Shown one piece after another: positions 52,996-64,000 of a stretch of DNA of 64,000 nt (within the stretch, counting starts at the first letter, position 1; each line of letters begins with the position of its first letter). This DNA is from Eledone cirrhosa (lineage: Eukaryota). The notes beneath the pieces are model-generated. The model saw only the letters and a list, made by a program, of their open reading frames with translations, ran no database searches and was not told the origin of the DNA. The translations under genes were made by a program, and so were the position numbers. Location: contig OZ024744.1 in NCBI GenBank assembly GCA_964016885.1, positions 81,778,001 to 81,842,000 of the forward strand, read 5' to 3'.

Positions 52996-53774
52996 AGGAG
53001 ACTGAGAAGGAGAATGGTGGTGTTGTGTTTGGATTTTACCATCAATTCCAATGGGTCCAGGTCGGTTATATATGTGTATATGTATATATGTATATATATA
53101 TGACTTTATCATTTATTTTGTTTGACCTGTTTAGCTTGACTTATTTTTTGGCTTAGGTGGTTTATGGCTTCTTGACCACTTTTTCAGTTTTGTATGGCGT
53201 TTTAACATATATGTTTAGGTCTGGTATTTTAACTATGGAGCGCTTGCCAGCATAACTCTGATTTTGCGTTTCGTTTCGCTTTTTCTACCCGCCGAATTGC
53301 GATTCTCGCTGAATTTATATATATATATATATCCAAAATTAAGATAAATGAATTTAATCCAAATCGAAATTGTGGGTGTCATGCCTTAACGGCATGCGCC
53401 ATATCGCCCGGAAAATAAGCTCAAAGATTATGTAGGTCCGAGCATTTTATAATAACTAGAAATTGATTAACATACATATAAATAAATATAAACATGAATA
53501 ATCACCGGAGATAATTTCTACAAGCGTGTAACCAGCATGGCTAGGAGGTAACAAATAAATAAAGTTAACTAGAACTTCAAAAATAGATACCTTTTAATGA
53601 TTAATCTTCCTTGAATATATTCCATTAAAGAAATATATTTCACCAATTAATCAGATGGTAAGTCACAGAAAGTGGATATTATTGGATTATCAACAAGGAA
53701 GAACAATATTCCAGCAATCCATGTTTACACTTCGAGTCAAAATCTTCAACTGGTCGCTACCACGTGTTTCTAGT

Positions 53775-53824
<50 letters not shown>

Positions 53825-53827
<3 letters not shown>

Positions 53828-56800
53828 TCTTTATTAGCCACAGTGGCACAAAATAAGGGGACAAATACAAAGGGGGAAGTTTACACACAATAAAAACGTG
53901 TAAAATACTATCACAAATGCAATTTAAAAAACAATCGATTTTCCCCAATAGGGGGAGACATTACATATGGATAACACATACACCCGAAAAATGTGCAACC
54001 CTCATCTCCAGGATTACGAAGAGTGAGTACCCGTTTCCTCTCTTCCTCTTTTTCCATAACCTACAGGCTGATATAGAGAGAAGGCCAATTCACTCGGGCC
54101 ATTCTGGCCACTTTCACCCACCTTTCATAAAACTTACTGGGGTACAGCACCTCTCTTTCCATTCTGATTCTTCTACCAAAGTAGTATTTGAAAAAAAGAA
54201 TCAGTTGTTGTCCGGAGAGAAAGGTGTCTGACCTCAGCCCTTTTAACCTTGTCCACCATACAACCTCTTTCGCCATAGCTATCACACAGAGGAAAACCGC
54301 CTCTCCTTCGTTTTTGAAGGTGGGTGGCGGTTTGATCATGACAATGGACTCGGTGGTCAACCGGATTGGTCCCACCCGCAACAATAGTCGTTCTACATAG
54401 CCCCATAGGTGAGTGACGCCCGGGCAGTGTACGAATGCGTGCGCGACGGTTTCTTCGTCTCGCACGCATCTCGGACAGATCTTTTTCGGAGGGTCCCTGT
54501 TCGGGCGCCCGTGTCTGTAGAGCTTGTCTCGAACTGGGAGAGCTCCTCGGTAGCACTACCAGGCCAGGGACTTTGGAAGTTGTCCATCGGTCACGGGTGG
54601 AAGGTCCTACCGAACAGACTGGCCAGTTCGTCTTCCTCTACGCCTAGAGTTTCTCCGAGCGCGTCGTCGCACTTGCTGCGGACCAACCCTCTATAGAATG
54701 ACGAAGTGGAGTCTCCACTGATCGCCGGGTCCGCCTGCCAGAAGGCTCTGAGCGCCTGAGCACATCCGATGTGCCAGTCGCCATTTTCCTCGGTATTTGC
54801 TTGACCCAGGACTGCAGCTCGGTCAGCGAGACGAGTCGTGGGAAGGCTCGCCTCACGAACGGGGCCCACACCGGTTGTCCGGTGAGGAATACGTGGAGGT
54901 GCCGCAGCCTGAGCGCGTGTTTGCGCATCGTCAGCCACGGCATCCCCAGCCCTCCGTTTGAAGGCTGTTGACAGTAGATGGATCTTCTCACCAAAGGAGC
55001 CCGTTTCTTCCAAAGGAATTGGAAGAGCGCGCGCTCCTTTTGGTGAGCATTTTGGCTGGACAAGGCACGACGGTCAAGCGGTAGTAGATGACGGACGCTA
55101 TAAAAGTGTTCGCCACCTTCAAGGACAGTTTGCACTCGGCCCACTTCTGGGTGAGCGCAAACACCTTGGCCGTCACCTCGTTCCGTTCTTCTCCACCTGG
55201 AGGTCCGGACCAAACCAGACTCCGAGCAGCTTTACCGGTCCTTCTGTCTAGCGTCCGACGACGCCATCGGAAGGAATCGGTTGGCCTCTCCACGATCTGA
55301 GTTGCAAACCGACGGACTTGTCCCGGTTCAGCTTCACTCCTGTGAATCTTTCGTATTCCTTCAGTAAGGTGCCAACTTACTCGATTTGCGAGGTGCTCGA
55401 CACCATTACTGTCACGTCGTCGGCGTAGGCCGACGCCGCTTTCCGCAGTCCCGGTTCCAGAGGGATGCCCTGCAATAGCTCCAACTCCTTCAGTAGTGGC
55501 TTGAGAGTCAGTACGTACAGAAGGGAGGAGAGAGGGCATCCCTGTCGGATGGATCTCGCGATATGGAACGGCTCCGAGAGGTAGCCGTTCACCTTGACCC
55601 TTGAGCAGATGTTGCTGCTGTGTATTGCAGCAATCCGTCCCCTGAACACGGGTCCGAAGCCTGCCGCCTCGAGCACCGCATCCAGGTAACGATGGTCAAC
55701 TCTATCGAAAGCCTTATACTGATCCAAGTTGATCAGGGCCCCACGGGAGCCGGGTTTACACCCTACCCTCTCTATGATGTATCGCATGAGGTGGAGGTAG
55801 TGGTGTATGGAGCTGGTCGGGATTGCGCATGTCTGCGCTTCTCCCACCAGGTTTTCGACGACAAGCGCCAGCGTCTTTGCCAACACCTTGGCCAAAATCT
55901 GTAACTCTGTGTTTAGCAGAGTTATGGACCGGAAGTTGCCTATGTCATCCCCCTTATTCTCGTCCTTCCTGACTAGCGTGATTACGCCCTTGTTCACAGA
56001 ACTGGGAATTCTCCCGTTATGCTGTCAGTTGCAGTAGACCGCTTCCAGGAGAACAGAGAACAAATCCGGCATTGCTACGTAAAATTCGTAGCGTAGACCG
56101 TCGAGACCTGGAGATTTGCGTTTGCTCAGCGCGTCCTCTATCTCAGCAGCCGAAATCGGCCTTTCGCAGAACTTCGCCTCGCTGTCCGAGAGTCGTGGTA
56201 GGCCGTCGAGGTATGGACAGAAATCCATAGCCCCTCCCGGCGCGCCGCCCTGCCCGAACAGTTGAGCAAAGTGCTGCTGAAAGGCTGCGCACATCTGCTT
56301 CGGCTCACATATCACGCGTCCGTCTCGGTCCTTCAAAGACCAAATCGTGGACTTGTTGCCACTTTTCGCACCCTTCACTCGGGCCTAGCTAACAGCTTTG
56401 GCTCCCTCGTTACCAAGAGCACGTATTTTGCTTCTGACAACTCAGCCCTCGTGCTTTGCGTCGAAGAACTGGTCCAAGGCCGTTCTCGTGGCTAGCACGC
56501 TGGCTACGTTGCCACTTCTACTTTATCTACCAGTTCCTTCCCGGTCCTATTTCTATCTACCGCTAATTCTTTACTAAAAACTAACGAGTCTAATCTAGCT
56601 GCCCTCTTGAGAGAGTACCACCATCTGTTGTTGAAATGGCCCCTGTCAAGTGCTGTTTAACTAGAGTGCTAATCCGTCTACTATAGGCTTTGCATGTCGG
56701 TAACGACAAGTTCAGCTTCCAGTAGCCGGGTCCTTGTCTATCAAGGTTGACCATGCAGGTCACTAGTTTGTGATCTGAATAGGCAACCATGAACATTTGT

Positions 56801-58290
56801 GGACAGCTTAACATGTCCCTATCCTTATTTCTAACTAGAACCCTATCTAGGTACGATCTAGATGTTCCGCTACGATTAGTCCACGTCCACAGTGGCACAG
56901 TCGGAAAATCTAGTCGATATCTATTGGCCAGGTCAAATCGGCCGATTAAATGTTTGAGGCTGTTACACTCCCCCCTTTATCGGGACATGTTCCCACATAG
57001 TCCCAACGCGCATCTAGCATTCCATTCCAGTCCCCCACTAAAAGCAAGGAGCGGGACGTTCCCAGAAAAGTCTCTAGACGTTTGAAGAATTCTGGCCGCG
57101 GAGTCCCGGATGAGGCATATGCGACCACCAGCCTGAAGGCTCCACCTTCACTACCGTCAACGTCTAGGACCAGCAGTCGACCCTCCGGGTCCAGATGTAC
57201 CGTCTGTGTTACGAGACCCAGGTGTTTCCTCAGCAAAACGGCAACCCCGCCCCCACTTCCCGGCTGACATAGAGATGCGTAGATCTCATAGTCATCGAAG
57301 ATGGGAGCCAGCTGTCGCTCGCTGTTTATCCTGGACTCGCAGATAGCAAATACATCCATACTGTGCGACCTGAGGTCGTTTAAGAGTTTGCCCTGTTTCC
57401 AGGGCATCCCCAGGCCGCGCACATTCACACAACCGACCTTTATATCGGCCATGTTGGTGAGGAAGAGTTAGAAAAGAAGAGGAAAGAATTCACTTTCCTC
57501 CTCGCTTGCTGGAGACCAGGCTGCACAATGTCCATGGGGGTGTTGGAGGGGTGTTTGGTAGGGTGGAGATGGAGATGTTTGGTGGGGAGAGGGTATCTGG
57601 TGGGGTGGGGGTGGGGAAACATTTCAAGAGGATGCGGTTCGTTGGTTTAACACATATTCCCCACGTCCTCGGCAAAGTTTTCCTTTAAGGACTTATATGT
57701 GTCCGTAGGGACCCTAATCATCCTTAAATTAGGTTTGTCTTTACATTTGGTAAAATATTTCCCTTCGGTTTTCACGGAAGGGTTTTTGGAGATGACCTCC
57801 ATCAAGGTTTTATTGTCAATGTTTATGTATGTATAATATTTTTGTTGTGTTGTGTTAGTTTTTGTCTGTTGTTCTTGAGTGTGTTTTCGTTTTGTAGTGG
57901 GTATTTGTGTTTGGAGTGTTGTTGTTTTGTTTTCGGGAGGGGGGATTTTTGTTTGTAATGTTTGTAATGTTTGTGTTGTTTGTGTTGGTGGTTGTGTGTT
58001 TGTTACCTTTTTGTTCGTGTTATGTCTTTTTTTTTTTTGGAGCGGAGGGGTTCTGCCTCATCATCACTGAGTGACGACGAGGGGGCTTCGTCCGTTGTGG
58101 TGTCTGTTTAATTGGGGAGGGTACGTTTTGGGGAGCTGTTGTGGTTGTGGGTGTTTTTGGAGTTGTTTTAGGTGGGGTGGGGTTGGGTGGGACTGTGTTT
58201 GCAGTTTGGTTTGTTTTGGTTATTTTTGTGTGTTGTTGTTGTTGTGGTGGTGGTTGTGTTGTTGTGTTGGTATCGGCAGTAGTGCCTTTT
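53825..58290 (-). mobile_element. Second L1/Tx1-type LINE (ORF1 C-terminal part and ORF2), 5'-truncated and decayed
   Basis: Colinear with 26260-30300; GTGGCTAATAAA end abutting (TA)n. Confidence 0.92.
54061..57452 (-). pseudogene. LINE ORF2 (APE and RT), multiple frameshifts
   Basis: MADIKVGCVNVRGL; LVGDWN; SRSYLDR; GYWKLN; KSPGLDGL; LDQYKAFDRV; IRQGCPLS; AYADDV; KEVVWWTR. Confidence 0.92.
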
Positions 58291-58452
58291 TTTAAAATGC
58301 AGTTAATTGAGGGCAGGAAGCCCTCAGGTGACCACTGCTTAAACAGTGGTAACATGAAGGCCGCTTACCCTCAACAGAAATGTGTGTATATGTGTAGGTG
58401 TGTCTATGACCAGTGTATATAGATCACAGACACCCACATTTATACACACACA

Positions 58453-58484
<32 letters not shown>

Positions 58485-58950
58485 CATACACACACGTATA
58501 TATATAGGCTTTCCAGTTTCATTTCATATTATATAAATGTCTTGGTATATTTTAATTATTTAAAATTTATTTTTCAAGTGAACATGATTTAAAAAAAAAA
58601 AAATTGGTCTAGTACTAAATAAAATCGTAAATTTATATATAATAAATAATATATATATACTATGTATAAATAAATATATAAAGGACAACTGAGTGTGTGG
58701 TCTTGGTAAACGCTCACAAGCGAGAAACAGTTTGCCGAGACAAAGTCACCACTTTAAAAATAATAGCGCAAGGTCTTCAAAATGTTTTTAATGTCTTCAA
58801 AATGTTTTTAATGTCTTCAAAATGTTTTAAATTAAACATACAGTATATTACCAAATATACTATACATACATTCATGTATACGTCGCTATTTCAGAGCACC
58901 AATACTAATAAATATTACGTATTCTTTATTATACCGTATTTATGAATAAT

Positions 58951-59134
58951 TGTTTCTACTTTTTGGCACAAGGCCAGCAATTACCCAGTACATTACTGGT
59001 ACTTTATTTTATCGACCCCGTAAGGATGAAAGGCAAAGTTAACCTCGACGGGATTTGAACTCAGACCATAAAGGGACGTAACTATGCTGGAAAGCATGGC
59101 GTCCGACCCTCTAACGATACTGCCAATTCACCGC
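58951..59134 (-). mobile_element. Full-length tRNA-derived SINE with TSD
   Basis: Reverse complement of the 39870 family; flanking CCGTATTTATG at 58934 and 59135. Confidence 0.9.
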
Positions 59135-59199
59135 CCGTATTTATGTATTTATGAATAATATGTATCATTTGATATTTACTATACTACTATTATATAATC

Positions 59200-59293
59200 T
59201 CTACCGCCCTCTTAGGCCCCAGTGACCCCCCCCCCGCTCTGGACCTTCTCAACGCTCCCTGGGAGGCGGTAGCACCTACTTTGAGAACATCTG
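59200..59293. mobile_element. hAT MITE right-end fragment
   Basis: GGGAGGCGGTAGCACCTACTTTGAGAACATCTG terminus. Confidence 0.6.
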
Positions 59294-59649
59294 ATCTAAT
59301 AGAAGACGATATATTATTCTAATGTTTCAGCAAGTGAAAGGTGAAGTTAAGAAATCCCAGAGGAATTTAAAGAAAACCCAAACTAAACCTGTGATCCTCT
59401 CGCTCTTAACTGCCACAGTGAGACTAAACATGTTTATTAAACATACTGTATATGGTTTCTGTATACACACATTTTATGTTGTTATGCTATAGTGGTAATT
59501 TTGCTACACACAAACACACACACACAGGCACAATACATATATATATTCATAAATGTATATGAATGAAGTTACGAATATATACTGAATATCTGAAATCATA
59601 AAATTAATTTAATCAATATATTAGAATTAGACATCATAACTACATATTA

Positions 59650-61470
<1,821 letters not shown>

Positions 61471-61834
61471 GACAAAGAAACAGAAATATAGAATGTTGAT
61501 GTAGAGGTTTTATTTCATTTTAGTATTTATTTCGTTATTTCGTTATTTCGTTATTTATTTTCACCACTTCGGTGTATCTCTTTATCACGTGTAGATTGTT
61601 AAACGTATCTCAATAGTACAGACAATCAATTTACGGAAGTTTTTAATATCTAAGATTAGAATTTCATTATTTTGAGTAAGAAAATATACAAGAAAGGCAA
61701 ACTAACTAAACACAAGTAAACAACGAAATATATCTATGCAAGGGGAGGTAGAAAAATAATATAAAAGGAATTAAAGCGAATAAAATATTTTAACGTTGTT
61801 TTTCAAAGCTGTTTATCTCGGAGTGACACAAACA

Positions 61835-62484
61835 TGCTGTTGTTGTTGCATCGTTTATTGTTGCTGTTGTTGTTGTTGTTGTTGTTGTTGTTGATGTTGC
61901 TGCTGCTGTTGTTGTTATTGCTGCTGACGTTGTTGTTGCTGTTGTTGTTGATGCTGTTTTTGTTGTTGCTGTCGATGTTGCTGCTGTTGTTGTTGTTGCT
62001 GTCGTTGTTGTTGCTGTTGTTGTTGCTGCTGCCGTTATTGTTGCTGTTGTTGTTGTCGATGTTGCTGCTGTTGTTGTTGTTGCTGTCGTTATTGTTGCGT
62101 CGTTATTGCTGCTGTTGTCGTTATTGTTGCTGTCGTTGTTGCTGCTGTCGTTGTTGCTGCTGTCGTTGTTGCTGCTGTCGTTATTGTTGCTGTCGTTATT
62201 GATGCTGTTGTTGTTGTCGTTGTTGCTGCTATGTTTGTTGTTGTTGCTGTTGTTGTTGTTGCTGTCGTTATTGATGCTGTTGTTTTCGATGTTGCTGCTG
62301 TTGTTGTTGTTGTTGCTGTCGATGTTGCTGCTGTTGTTGTTGCTGTCGTTATTGTTGCTGTGTTTGTTGTTGTTGCTGTCGTTGTTGTTGCTGTTGTCGT
62401 TGTTGCTGTCGTTGTTGTTGCTGTCGTTATTGTTGCTGTTGTTGTTGTTGTAGTTGTTGTTGCTGTTGTTGTTGTCGTTGTCGT

Positions 62485-62522
<38 letters not shown>

Positions 62523-62955
62523 TTGTTGTTGTTGCTGTCGTTATTGATGCTGTTGTTGTTGTCGTTGTTGCTGTTGTCGTTATTGTTGCTGTCGTTGTTG
62601 CTGCTGTCGTTGTTGCTGCTGTTGTTGTTGTTGCTGTCGTTATTGATGCTGTTGTTGTTGTCGTTGTTGCTGTTGTCGTTATTGTTGCTGTCGTTGTTGC
62701 TGCTGTCGTTGTTGCTGCTGTTGTTGTTGCTGTTGTTGTTGTTGCTGTCGTTATTGATGCTGTTGTTGTTGCTGCTATGTTTGTTGTTGTTGTTGCTGTT
62801 GTCGTTATTGTTGCTGTCGTTGTTGTTGCTGTCGTTGTTGCTGCTGTCGTTGTTGCTGCTGTTGTTGTTGCTGTCGTTATTGTTGCTGCTGTTGTTGTTG
62901 CTGTCGTTATTGTTGCTGTTGTTGTTGCTGTCGTTGTTGTTGCTGTCGTTATTGT

Positions 62956-62987
<32 letters not shown>

Positions 62988-63460
62988 TTGCCGTTGTTAT
63001 TATTGTCGCTGTTGTTGTTGTTATTGTTGTTGTTGTTGCTGTTGTTCTTGCAGCTGTTATTGTTGTTGTTGTCGGTGTCGTCATTGTTGCTGTCGGCGTT
63101 GTCGTTGCTGTTGTTGTTGTTGTTGTTGCTGTAGTTGTATTTGCAGCTGTTGTTACTGCCATTGTTGTTGTCGTTGTTGTTATTGTTGTTGCTGTTGTTA
63201 TTATTGCTGTCATTTTTGCTTTTTTTTTTTTGGCTGTCGTTGTTGTCGCTGTTATTATTGTCGACGTTGTTGTTGCTGTTGTTGTTGCTGTTGTTGTTGT
63301 TGCCGTTATTGTTGCTGTCGTTGCTGTTGTTGCTGTTGTTGTCATCGTTGTTGTTTTTGCTTCTTTTGTTGTGTTGTTGTTGCTGCTGTTGTTGCTGTCG
63401 TTGTTGCTGCTGTTGTTGCTGTCGTTGTCGTCGTTGCTGCTGCTGTTGTTGTTGCTGTTT
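61835..63460. repeat. (GTT/GCT/GTC)n complex trinucleotide repeat
   Basis: Directly visible, about 1.6 kb. Confidence 0.95.
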
Positions 63461-63545
63461 ACACGATGATACACCTAACTCAAATATAGATGAAAATTTA
63501 TGCTTTTAAAGGGGGAAAAGGTATGTTTAAAGGAATAAAACAATC

Positions 63546-63654
<109 letters not shown>

Positions 63655-64000
63655 ATATATATGTAATAATTATATATATATATAATTATTGCAAATGAAA
63701 CAGTCAAGCATTACATATATTTTTTTAGAATTGTATCTTCAAACACAAATGCACATACACACACACACACACACAGACACGCGCGCGCACACACACGTAC
63801 ATGATAACAACAAAATATATACATGATAACAACAAAATATATACATGATAACAACAAAATAAACATTTCGGTAGAAGGACGAAAATTTCATTGCTTTCGC
63901 TGTGGTAGCACAGCACACATAAAGGCCTCCTGTCCTTCACAAACACACCACAACAACATCATTAAAAAAAACTATTGCCAACACCAACACCAAAACAACC

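Noticed and set aside
62089-63474. 461-aa Thr/Ala-rich mucin-like ORF
   Set aside because: Pure GTT/GCT repeat open in several frames; no unique domain or clear splice signals

Overview
This is an AT-rich, microsatellite-saturated eukaryotic window with no recognisable host gene, so it is intergenic or deep intronic. The SINE families and the extreme (TA)n/(CA)n/(TATG)n load suggest an invertebrate, most likely an octopus-type cephalopod (inference). Transposon content: a near-full-length decayed L1/Tx1-type LINE (26260-31670, minus), a second related copy (53825-58290) and two 3' stubs; RTE, R4/Dong and CRE-type LINE fragments; a tandem pair of short internally deleted RTE elements; many tRNA-derived SINEs; Mariner, Tigger and hAT MITEs; Helitrons; and Penelope-like GIY-YIG/RT remnants. 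The most notable non-obvious signal is a dense set of type I hammerhead ribozyme motifs. Four have an intact catalytic core, four have core substitutions, and several more are half or permuted motifs. They sit in short (TA)n-flanked units arranged as partial tandems, inverted pairs and long palindromes, consistent with Penelope pseudo-LTRs or non-LTR retrozymes. Four unrelated hammerhead families share a non-canonical U.U opposition at the base of stem II. Nearly all long ORFs in the supplied track are microsatellite artefacts. All structures were folded by eye and no database search was run.
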